A DNA stretch of 64,000 nucleotides from Gemmatimonadales bacterium (GTDB lineage Bacteria > Gemmatimonadota > Gemmatimonadetes > Gemmatimonadales > GWC2-71-9): positions 15,315 to 79,314 of the forward strand of contig JBIOUY010000082.1 in NCBI GenBank assembly GCA_044867445.1. The letters run 5' to 3'. Of the stretch, positions 46,507-54,058 are shown piece after piece. The notes beneath the pieces were generated by a model. The model did not search any database, was not told the DNA's origin, and worked only from the letters and a program-made list of their open reading frames with translations. Position 1 is the stretch's first letter; the number at the start of each line of letters is the position of its first letter. The position numbers and the translations under genes were made by a program.

Positions 46507-48135
46507 ATGAGCGGTACCTTCAACATTCCACAGCCCCGCAATGAGCCGGTGCTGAGCTACGCCCCGGGATCACCGGAACGCTCGGCCCTCAAGTCGGCCT
46601 TGGTGCAGGTGGGCGCAGAGCAGCCCGATATTCCGGCGGTGGTGGCCGGCCGCGAGATCCGGAGCGGGATAACCCATGACGTGGTGTCCCCTCACTGCCA
46701 CCAGCGGGTCCTTGCCCGGGTGCACCACGCTGATCGGGCTACGATCGGTGCAGCGATCAAAGCCGCAGTCGAAGCCCAGCGCGAATGGGGCCACTGGCGT
46801 TTCGAAGATCGGGCCGCCGTATTCCTCAGGGCGGCGGACCTCCTGGCCACTACCCACCGGCAGTTGCTCAACTCGGCCACCATGCTAGGCCAGAGCAAGA
46901 CCGCGTTCCAGGCGGAGATCGACAGCGCGTGTGAGCTGATCGATTTCCTGCGCTTCAACGTCCATTTCGCGGAGCGGATCTACCACGAGCAGCCCAATTC
47001 CGCACCCGGGATGTGGAACCGGCTCGACCATCGCCCGCTCGAAGGGTTCATCTACGCGATCACGCCGTTCAACTTCACCGCGATTGGCGGTAATCTCCCT
47101 ACCGCGCCGGCGCTGATGGGCAATGCCGTGGTGTGGAAGCCGGCCGCCACCGCGTTGTTGAGCAATTGGCACTTCTTCAAGCTGCTGGAGCAGGCCGGGT
47201 TGCCGCCGGGAGTGATCAACTTCCTTCCCGGGGATTCCATCGAGATCAGCCAGGCGCTCATCGCCGACCGCCACTTGGCCGGGATTCACTTTACCGGCTC
47301 CACCGAGGTATTTCAGAGTATCTGGAAGGCGGTGGCCGGGAACCTGGAGCACTACGCCGCCTATCCTCGCCTGGTGGGCGAGACCGGCGGGAAGGACTTC
47401 ATCCTGGCCCATCCGAGTGCCGACGTCGACGCGCTCGCGGTGGCGATGGTGCGAGGAGCATACGAGTACCAGGGCCAGAAGTGCAGCGCGGCTTCGCGAG
47501 CCTACATCCCGGATAACCTCTGGCCCAAGGTGCGGGAGCGCGCTGTCGCCATGATCCAGGATATCCGGATGGGCGATGTCGCCGACTTCCGCAACTTCAT
47601 GGGCGCTGTCATCGATCGCCGGGCCTTCGACCGGATTCGCAGCGACCTCGAACGGGCCAAGCGCGATTCCGGCGTTCAGGTCGTCGCCGGAGGCGGAACC
47701 GACGACTCGGTGGGCTATTTCGTCCAGCCGACACTACTTAAGGTAGACGATCCCCAGTACCGGCTCATGTGCGAGGAGCTCTTTGGACCGGTGCTCACGG
47801 TTCACGTCTATCCCGCGCAGCGCTGGTCCGAGACCCTGGGTGTGGTCGATCGGACCAGTCCCTACGCTCTCACCGGCGCGGTCTTCTCCCAAGACCGCGC
47901 GGCCCTCGTCGAGGCGGACCGGGCCCTGCGCTATTCGGCGGGCAACTATTACGTGAACGACAAACCCACCGGCGCCGTTGTGGGACAACAGCCGTTCGGA
48001 GGCGCCCGCGCGAGTGGGACCAACGACAAGGCAGGCTCCATTCTGAACCTGTTGCGTTGGGTGTCGCCTCGCAGTGTCAAGGAAACCTTTGCCCCGCCGA
48101 CGGACTATCGATACCCCTTCATGGCAGAAGCCTGA
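46507..48135 (+). CDS. pruA: L-glutamate gamma-semialdehyde (1-pyrroline-5-carboxylate) dehydrogenase
   Basis: 542-aa ALDH family protein with the N-terminus FNIPQPRNEPVLSYAPGSPER. It also has GETGGKDF and YEYQGQKCSAASR (catalytic Cys). Confidence 0.9.
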   Translation: MSGTFNIPQPRNEPVLSYAPGSPERSALKSALVQVGAEQPDIPAVVAGREIRSGITHDVVSPHCHQRVLARVHHADRATIGAAIKAAVEAQREWGHWRFEDRAAVFLRAADLLATTHRQLLNSATMLGQSKTAFQAEIDSACELIDFLRFNVHFAERIYHEQPNSAPGMWNRLDHRPLEGFIYAITPFNFTAIGGNLPTAPALMGNAVVWKPAATALLSNWHFFKLLEQAGLPPGVINFLPGDSIEISQALIADRHLAGIHFTGSTEVFQSIWKAVAGNLEHYAAYPRLVGETGGKDFILAHPSADVDALAVAMVRGAYEYQGQKCSAASRAYIPDNLWPKVRERAVAMIQDIRMGDVADFRNFMGAVIDRRAFDRIRSDLERAKRDSGVQVVAGGGTDDSVGYFVQPTLLKVDDPQYRLMCEELFGPVLTVHVYPAQRWSETLGVVDRTSPYALTGAVFSQDRAALVEADRALRYSAGNYYVNDKPTGAVVGQQPFGGARASGTNDKAGSILNLLRWVSPRSVKETFAPPTDYRYPFMAEA

Positions 48136-48952
48136 CCCCTGGCATCATAGAGGCGAGCGTCGCGGCCTGAGCGCCGCGATTCTCGTCCTCCTCGGTGGAC
48201 TGCTGGCCCCGGTGCAGCTTCGCTATCGGGCGACGCAGCTGGAATGCGCCCGGTTTCACGAGGTGATCGCGGGCAAGGTACAGACCCAGACCGCCGGCCG
48301 ACGGCGGGTTGAGACGCTGGGACGCGACGGCATCTGGACGCTTCGTGCCACCGAGGGCGGAGAGGAGATCGCGTTGGAAGGTTGGTATGACTCGCTCAGC
48401 GTTTGGCGGGCGGCGTCGGATGGCAAGTTGACCGGCGATACGGATGGTCTGATCGGCGGTCGATATCGGGCACGCCTGACCCCGACCGGCGCGATCACCA
48501 TCGCATCCCGGCCGTTCATCCCCGACGAGCTGCGCGAGGTGGCGGATCTCTCGGGTGCTCTGGAAGACCTTCTTCCCGAGCTACCGCCACGCGGGCTTGA
48601 GGCCGGCGAGACCTGGAGTGATAGCGCCGGCCTCGAAATTCGCAGACTGCCCGACAGTGCGGCGGCGGGAGGACCGATCGTGCGGCTGCAGGTGCACGAC
48701 CGGCGTGTGGCCGTGAAGGCTCCTCTGGAGGGCGACACCGCATCCGTTGAGCTGCGCCAGACGACCGAGGAAAGTGGCCAGATCGACTGGGCACCCGCGG
48801 TCGGCCTATTGCGCCGGCAGAGAGAGATCGTGGTCGAGACCGCTATTCCGCCGCGCGGTCCGATACGCCAGCCGGTACGCTCCCGGCTGGAGCAGCACAT
48901 CAGCATTACGCGCCTGTCGCCGGCGGCTGCCCCTCGAGCCCGCTGCCAGTAG
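48074..48952 (+). CDS. Hypothetical protein with N-terminal hydrophobic anchor (start uncertain)
   Basis: The ORF begins with a GTG inside the pruA 3' end. LSAAILVLLGGLLAPV looks like a signal anchor. No family recognised. The 3' end overlaps the convergent ABC-2 permease ORF. Confidence 0.4.
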   Translation: MSRKPLPRRRTIDTPSWQKPDPWHHRGERRGLSAAILVLLGGLLAPVQLRYRATQLECARFHEVIAGKVQTQTAGRRRVETLGRDGIWTLRATEGGEEIALEGWYDSLSVWRAASDGKLTGDTDGLIGGRYRARLTPTGAITIASRPFIPDELREVADLSGALEDLLPELPPRGLEAGETWSDSAGLEIRRLPDSAAAGGPIVRLQVHDRRVAVKAPLEGDTASVELRQTTEESGQIDWAPAVGLLRRQREIVVETAIPPRGPIRQPVRSRLEQHISITRLSPAAAPRARCQ

Positions 48953-49715
48953 GTCCTCTTCCGACAAACCGTTGCTCCGGGTCGAAGAGCAACGCGGTGG
49001 CCAGGAATGCAATCCCGCAGGCCGCGAGAAGCGCTCCCGCATCCTCCCAGATCCCGAATTCTCCCTGCTGCCCCATAGCGTGGCGCATGAGATCCACCGC
49101 ATAGGTTACCGGATTCACCCTTGCGACTGCACGCAAGAGCGGCGGCAGGCCGGCGGTGGGATAGAGCGCTCCGCTCAGGAAGAGCAGCGGAAACAGGACG
49201 ACGTTGATGACGCCAGCGAAGTTCTCTACCGAGCGGAGCCGCGCAGCGACCAAGAGCCCCAGAAGACCGCTGGCAGCAGCCGCGAGAACCAGCGCTACGA
49301 TCGCCTGGAGCATCTGGAGGGCGGTCACCCTCAGGATGAGCGGGGCAAATGCCAGCACGACGCCGCCTTGGAAAAACCCGACCAGGGTGGCGGCCAACGC
49401 TCTGCCGCTGAGCACCGCCGGGACCCCGGCTGGGCTCGCGAGCATGAGTCGCAGCATGCCGAACTCACGGTCGTAGACTGTGGAGATTGCGGTAAGCATT
49501 CCACCGAACAGGGCAGCCATCACGACCATTCCAGGAAAGACGAACTCCTGGTAGGAGAGCCCGCCCTCCAGCCGCGCGATCGCGTTGTATCCAGTGCCGA
49601 CAAGAAGCAGCCATAGGAATGGTCGGGCCAATCCGCCTAGCAGCCGACTGGTCTGCCGAGTGGTCCGCGCCAGGTCGCGGGCAACGATGCCGTGGACCGC
49701 GCTCAGGGCGCCCAT
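48906..49715 (-). CDS. ABC-2 type transporter permease (NodJ/DrrB-like)
   Basis: 269 aa with six TM segments. Typical ABC-2 pattern (...YDREFGMLRLMLASP...NPVTYAVDLMR). The start overlaps the ATPase stop by 13 nt. Confidence 0.8.
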   Translation of the reverse strand: MGALSAVHGIVARDLARTTRQTSRLLGGLARPFLWLLLVGTGYNAIARLEGGLSYQEFVFPGMVVMAALFGGMLTAISTVYDREFGMLRLMLASPAGVPAVLSGRALAATLVGFFQGGVVLAFAPLILRVTALQMLQAIVALVLAAAASGLLGLLVAARLRSVENFAGVINVVLFPLLFLSGALYPTAGLPPLLRAVARVNPVTYAVDLMRHAMGQQGEFGIWEDAGALLAACGIAFLATALLFDPEQRFVGRGPTGSGLEGQPPATGA

Positions 49716-50638
49716 TGGGTACCGTCCTGAGTTCGAGCGAAATAGGCGTCTTCGAGGGTGGCAGGGCGCAGGCTCAAACGGTTTACCCCGGGTGCGGCGC
49801 CGGCCAACTCCACGATTGGCTCACGCTCACCGGTCAGGCCCACCCGGAATCCGCGCTCGGTCTGCAGAATCGTCTTGACGGCGCCCAGTCCGCGCAGCGC
49901 TCGAACCAGGCGCTGTGCTCCCGGGCCTTCGATCTCTGCGACTTCCTCGCCAAATGCCGACCGCAGCAGGTCCGGCGAGTCGTCGCCCACCACACAGCCT
50001 CGGGCCAGGAGAATGACCCGATCCGCCGGCTCGGCCTCGGTGAGATAGTGAGTCGAGAACAGGATCGTAGTGCCGGCCGCGCGACGCGCCTCTGTGAGAA
50101 TGGACCAGATGCGCTCCCGATGCTCCGGGTCGAGCCCGACAGTGGGCTCATCCAGAATCAGGAGATCCGGTTGATGCAGTGTTGCCCGGGCGATATCCAC
50201 CAACCGGCGCCACCCGCCCGAGAGCTGCCGAGCCGGTTGATGAGTCCGCTCGGCCAGGCCAAGACGCTGAATGGCGTCACCCACCGCGGCCCGAGCGAGC
50301 CTGCCGCCCAAACCGGCGAGCCGCGCTGCAAAGAGGAGATTCTCCTCTACCGTGAGAAGCCCGTCTACGGTGGTTTCCTGGAATACCAGGCCCAACCGGC
50401 GACGGACGGCCGTCCGCTCGCGGGTAACATCGTGGCCGAAGATTCTTGCTGTGCCGCGGGTGGGAGAGAGCAGCGTAGCCAGAAGGAGCATTGTGGTGGT
50501 CTTGCCCGCCCCATTGGGACCGAGCAGTCCCATGACAGCGCCGGCGGGAAGGACCAGGGTCAGTGCGTCGAGCGCCCGGAGGCCGCCGTAGTCGCGCCCC
50601 AGTCCTTCGGCCGCGATTGCCGGCGGAGGCTCGCTCAC
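49703..50638 (-). CDS. ABC transporter ATP-binding protein (DrrA/NodI-like exporter ATPase)
   Basis: Walker A GPNGAGKTT, signature LSGGWRR, Walker B LLILDEPT. I chose the GTG at 50638 because it forms a GTGA overlap with the pqqE stop. The 362-aa track ORF extends into pqqE. Confidence 0.85.
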   Translation of the reverse strand: MSEPPPAIAAEGLGRDYGGLRALDALTLVLPAGAVMGLLGPNGAGKTTTMLLLATLLSPTRGTARIFGHDVTRERTAVRRRLGLVFQETTVDGLLTVEENLLFAARLAGLGGRLARAAVGDAIQRLGLAERTHQPARQLSGGWRRLVDIARATLHQPDLLILDEPTVGLDPEHRERIWSILTEARRAAGTTILFSTHYLTEAEPADRVILLARGCVVGDDSPDLLRSAFGEEVAEIEGPGAQRLVRALRGLGAVKTILQTERGFRVGLTGEREPIVELAGAAPGVNRLSLRPATLEDAYFARTQDGTQWAP

Positions 50639-51720
50639 ACCCGTTGGGGCTCGAGCACGCGGTAACGGTACTCCGGGAGATTCTCGCGCTCGGCGATGGC
50701 GCTGTCGATCATCCCCCGGTTGGGCGACAAGATGCAGACCGGGTCGGTGTTGGCTGCATCGCCGGTGAGCGCAAACGCCTGACAGCGACAACCACCAAAG
50801 TCGATCGCCTTTCGGGGACAGGTCCGGCAGGGCTCCTTCATCCAGCTATCGCCCCGGAACGCCTGGAACGCCGGCGACTCCTGCCAGATCCACTGGAGCG
50901 AGCGATCGCGAACGTTGTCAAACGAGAGGGTAGTAATCTGGGTGGCTCCGTGACAGGGGAGCACTCGGCCATCGGGGGAGACAACCAGATAGTTCTTGCC
51001 CCAGCCGCCGTAGCACGGCTTGGGATACTGCTCGAAGTAGTCGGGGAGCACGAAGATGATCTGCATCTTACCACGATACCGCTGCATGGCCTCATTGGCG
51101 ACGGCATGGGCCCGCTGTACCTGCTCCCGGGTGGGCATGAGCCACGCGCGGTTCTCCAGGCCCCAGCCGTAGTACTGAGTATTGGCCAACTCGAGCCGGT
51201 CGGCGCCGAGGCTCCCCGCCAGGTCGATGATCTCCTCGATGCGATCGAGGTTGGTGCGATGCAGCACGACGTTGATGGAGAAGGCGAAGCCCAGCTCCTT
51301 GGCGATAGCGGCCGCGGCGCGCTTCTGCTTAACCGAGCTCACTCCGGCGATGCGTTCTGCTACTTCGGAGTCGGCATCCTGGATGGAGATCTGGATGTGC
51401 TCCATGCCGATCTCACGCAAGCGCTCAGCGCGAGTCCGAGTCAGGCCCAGACCCGACGTGACCAGAGTGGTATAGAGCCCCAGGCCATGAGCGTGGGCAG
51501 CGAGCTCCTCGAGATCCTTGCGGACTAGCGGCTCCCCGCCTGAGAGGCCCAGCTGAAGCACGCCCAGCTCGCGTGCCTGAGTGAACACCCGCTTCCAGTC
51601 CCCAGTGGCGAGCTCGCCTTCGGCCCGTACCATCTCCAACGGGTTGGAGCAGTAGGGGCAGTGCAGCGGGCATCGGTGAGTGATCTCCGCCAGCAAGGTC
51701 GTCGGGTGCTCAGACGTCAC
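50635..51720 (-). CDS. pqqE: PQQ biosynthesis radical SAM protein PqqE
   Basis: CPLHCPYCSN radical SAM cluster, the SPASM-type Cys-rich C-terminus (CRTCPRKAIDFGGCRCQA), and overall PqqE-like sequence. Confidence 0.9.
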   Translation of the reverse strand: MTSEHPTTLLAEITHRCPLHCPYCSNPLEMVRAEGELATGDWKRVFTQARELGVLQLGLSGGEPLVRKDLEELAAHAHGLGLYTTLVTSGLGLTRTRAERLREIGMEHIQISIQDADSEVAERIAGVSSVKQKRAAAAIAKELGFAFSINVVLHRTNLDRIEEIIDLAGSLGADRLELANTQYYGWGLENRAWLMPTREQVQRAHAVANEAMQRYRGKMQIIFVLPDYFEQYPKPCYGGWGKNYLVVSPDGRVLPCHGATQITTLSFDNVRDRSLQWIWQESPAFQAFRGDSWMKEPCRTCPRKAIDFGGCRCQAFALTGDAANTDPVCILSPNRGMIDSAIAERENLPEYRYRVLEPQRV

Positions 51721-51979
51721 GAATCAACTCCTTCTCCGCCAGGTCGGCCAAATACTGGGCCACGTCGGCGGCCACATCGGTCTGGTATCGCTCTCCCAGG
51801 ATTGCGGCGATCTCGCCCACGGTGCGTTGGCCGTCCACCAACTCCAGGATGGCCGCGCCGGTATCGTTGAGGAGCACCGCTCCCTCGGGATAGAGCAACA
51901 CCGGGCGCTGCCGAACCGAGTCGAAGCCCAGACGCGCCAGACGCCAAAGCGTGGGTTTCGCGTTCGGGTCGAGCGTCAC
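51710..51979 (-). CDS. pqqD: PQQ biosynthesis peptide chaperone PqqD
   Basis: VLLYPEGAVLLNDTGAAILELVDGQRTVGEI...YLADLAEKELI. The GTG at 51979 forms a GTGA overlap with the pqqC stop. The 3' end overlaps the pqqE start by 11 nt. Confidence 0.8.
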   Translation of the reverse strand: MTLDPNAKPTLWRLARLGFDSVRQRPVLLYPEGAVLLNDTGAAILELVDGQRTVGEIAAILGERYQTDVAADVAQYLADLAEKELIRDV

Positions 51980-52734
51980 TGGTACGCGTGGTGAATCGTA
52001 TCGATCATCGCCCATAACATATCCAGCTTGAAGGCGAGCGCCTCGAACGCCCGCATCTGAGTCTCCACTGTCGTGCAGTGCTGCTGCACGATTGCCAGCC
52101 CCTGGCGCACATCCCGTGGTGCCTGCACCAACCGGCTCCGGAAGTAGTCCAGTCCTTCCGGTGGAATCCAGGGGTAGTGCTTGGGAAATGCCTCGATCCG
52201 CTGCTGGTGGATCTTGGGAGCGAAGAGCTCCGTCAGTGACGAGGCAACCGCCTCCACCCAGGGCCTGGTCTTACAGAAGGTGACGTAGGATTCGCAGATG
52301 AACCGCACTGCCGGCAGCACGTGGCGCTCATCCTCCATTTCCTCTCGCGGCACGCCCAGAGCGACGCCGAGGCGAATCCACAGCTCGATTCCGCCAGTGC
52401 CGGGCGCGGTACCGTCATGGTCCACGATCCGCTGGATCCATTCCCGCCGGACCTCGGGATCGGGACAGTTGGAGAGAATGGCGGCGTCCTTCCGGGGAAC
52501 GACCCGTTGGTACGCCAGCCGATTGGCCACCCATCCCTGAAACTGACGCTGGCTCAGCCGCCCCTCGTACATCAGCCGATGAAACGGATGCTCCACGTAG
52601 TACGACCCGCTGAACGAGCGAAGCGCCTCTTCCAACCCCGTCGCCGTGAGCGGGCGCTCCAACCGGGGAAACGGCGGTTTCGGCGGCGTGGCCAACTGCG
52701 AGGGAGCGAGCGTTGCGGTCATAGCGTCAACCAT
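51976..52734 (-). CDS. pqqC: Pyrroloquinoline-quinone synthase PqqC
   Basis: YYVEHPFHRLMYEGRLSQRQFQGWVANRLAYQ...DHDG...ELWIRLG...FRSRL is a typical PqqC. Confidence 0.9.
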   Translation of the reverse strand: MVDAMTATLAPSQLATPPKPPFPRLERPLTATGLEEALRSFSGSYYVEHPFHRLMYEGRLSQRQFQGWVANRLAYQRVVPRKDAAILSNCPDPEVRREWIQRIVDHDGTAPGTGGIELWIRLGVALGVPREEMEDERHVLPAVRFICESYVTFCKTRPWVEAVASSLTELFAPKIHQQRIEAFPKHYPWIPPEGLDYFRSRLVQAPRDVRQGLAIVQQHCTTVETQMRAFEALAFKLDMLWAMIDTIHHAYQ

Positions 52735-52767
52735 AAAGGACTGGAGTCCAGGACGCAGCAGTCGGCG

Positions 52768-53676
52768 TCACAGGGTGAACCGCGTGCCATCGGCGCCCAC
52801 CTTCATCCCGAGGCGCTCGACAGTGGCGCGCTCCGGCGAGTCCTCGATGAGGATAGGGTTGGTGTTGTTGATGTGGGTATAGACCCGGTCTCGGGCGGGG
52901 AGGCTGGCCAGGCGCTCCAGGCTTCCATCCGGCCCCGAAATGGGCAGATGATCCATCTGCCGAGCGGTTCTCTCCCCAATGCCCAGCGCAATGAGCTCGT
53001 CATCGCTCCAGAACGTACCATCGAACAGCACCAAATCGGCTTCTTCCAAGCGCGTGACCACGTCCCCTTCCAGGGCACCGCAACCGGGAATGAAAGCACA
53101 GACCCCATCGGTGGTCCGGTCTCGGATGCTGAGCCCAATCGTGTGGCCCGGCAGCTCCTCGCTCACGAATCGTGGCGGACCGGCCGGCACTGCAAACGCA
53201 GAGAGCTCCAGCCCACTGTCGCCACCGTCCCGATAGCAGAGGGTCAGGGTCCCCGGGAGCGGCAACTCGGTCACCTTCACTTCGGCGAATGCCTGAGTGA
53301 CCGGCAGGATCCTCGAGTCCTGTTCCAGGGCTTTCCGGACGGCATGAGTGGCACATAGCTGCAAATGCCGGCCCTCCCGCAGCAGCACGATCCCCAACGT
53401 GTGGTCCAGCTCAGCATCGGTCACGGCGATCCCCTCGATGGGCACGTGGCGCATTCCCTCAGGCGCTCGCGCCGAGAGCCAAGACAACTGCCGATGCACA
53501 TCCGGGGAAGCGTTGAGGAGGAACCACCGCTCGCCGTCGACGCTGATCGCGGCTGAGGACTGGGTCCTCGGGATGGCTCGGCGGGGGTCTGCGCGCGCGA
53601 TCCGGCAGGACGGGCACCAGCAGTTCCACTGGGGGAACCCGCCTCCTGCCGCTGTACCTAAGAGAACTACCTGCAC
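52768..53676 (-). CDS. pqqB: PQQ biosynthesis protein PqqB (metallo-beta-lactamase fold)
   Basis: VVLLGTAAGGGFPQWNCWCPSC...TQSSAAISVDGERWFLLNASPD...THINNTNP. GTG start. Confidence 0.9.
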   Translation of the reverse strand: MQVVLLGTAAGGGFPQWNCWCPSCRIARADPRRAIPRTQSSAAISVDGERWFLLNASPDVHRQLSWLSARAPEGMRHVPIEGIAVTDAELDHTLGIVLLREGRHLQLCATHAVRKALEQDSRILPVTQAFAEVKVTELPLPGTLTLCYRDGGDSGLELSAFAVPAGPPRFVSEELPGHTIGLSIRDRTTDGVCAFIPGCGALEGDVVTRLEEADLVLFDGTFWSDDELIALGIGERTARQMDHLPISGPDGSLERLASLPARDRVYTHINNTNPILIEDSPERATVERLGMKVGADGTRFTL

Positions 53677-53687
53677 CCTAAAACACT

Positions 53688-53713
53688 GAGGGGCCCGCTT
53701 TCGCGAGCCCCTC
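53688..53713 (-). terminator. Hairpin between pqqA and pqqB (attenuator or partial terminator)
   Basis: The minus strand reads GAGGGGC-t-CGC-GAAA-GCG-g-GCCCCTC followed by AGTGTTTTAGG and then the pqqB GTG. That is a 7+3 bp stem with a GAAA tetraloop and a short U tract. Confidence 0.5.
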
Positions 53714-53740
53714 GAGTTAGTTGCTCGTCCTTAAAGCGTC

Positions 53741-53815
53741 GCGACGTAGGCGGTCACTTCCATGGTGACGGCCACGACCTCGGCCTCGGGCTTCGTCCAC
53801 TTCATAAGTCTAGCC
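53741..53815 (-). CDS. pqqA: PQQ precursor peptide PqqA (24 aa; absent from the ORF track)
   Basis: The minus strand reads ATG AAG TGG ACG AAG CCC GAG GCC GAG GTC GTG GCC GTC ACC ATG GAA GTG ACC GCC TAC GTC GCG ACG CTT TAA. This translates to MKWTKPEAEVVAVTMEVTAYVATL. It carries the conserved W-x-K-P and the E-x-x-x-Y cross-link pair. GGGAGG lies 9 nt upstream. Confidence 0.85.
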
Positions 53816-53859
53816 TCCCGGGATTGAGTGGTGGGCCGACTCGGCCCTGATTCACACGA

Positions 53860-53875
53860 TGGGTGAGATCACCCA
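53860..53875. promoter_or_regulatory. 16-bp palindrome TGGGTGA-GA-TCACCCA (site C), in the pqqA 5' UTR
   Basis: Perfect inverted half-sites read directly. It lies between the predicted sigma-54 promoter and the pqqA start codon. Confidence 0.6.
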
Positions 53876-53911
53876 GCCGGATCGCTGTAAGACCCGACAA
53901 CGCCCTCCATC

Positions 53912-53928
53912 ATGCAGGGGCCGTGCCG
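53912..53928 (-). promoter_or_regulatory. Sigma-54 (-24/-12) promoter candidate for pqqA
   Basis: The minus strand reads TTCGGCACGGCCCCTGCAT, i.e. GGCACG-N4-CTGCA, against the consensus TGGCACG-N4-TTGCW. The GG (53927/53926) and GC (53915/53914) have correct GG-N10-GC spacing. It lies about 100 nt upstream of the pqqA ATG. Confidence 0.6.
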
Positions 53929-53968
53929 AACATGAGACAATCCAGTATCATCATCATAAGTAATTGCC

Positions 53969-53981
53969 AATCAATAAGTTC
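53969..53981 (+). promoter_or_regulatory. AT-rich IHF-like site between the UAS and the -24/-12 promoter
   Basis: AATCAATAAGTTC against the IHF core WATCAA-N4-TTR shows one mismatch. It is embedded in the most AT-rich stretch of the window (about 53940..53995). Confidence 0.3.
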
Positions 53982-54017
53982 GAAGATACTCGCGGGAATG
54001 GCCTGGTCTTCGTGGGA

Positions 54018-54051
54018 TGGGTGATCTCACCCAAGTGGGTCATATCACCCA
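54018..54051. promoter_or_regulatory. Two adjacent copies of the same 16-bp palindrome (sites A and B), candidate enhancer (UAS)
   Basis: Site A is TGGGTGATCTCACCCA (54018..54033). Site B is TGGGTCATATCACCCA (54036..54051), with one half-site mismatch. Their centres lie roughly 100 and 115 bp upstream of the -24 GG. Confidence 0.6.
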
Positions 54052-54058
54052 GCGAAGC

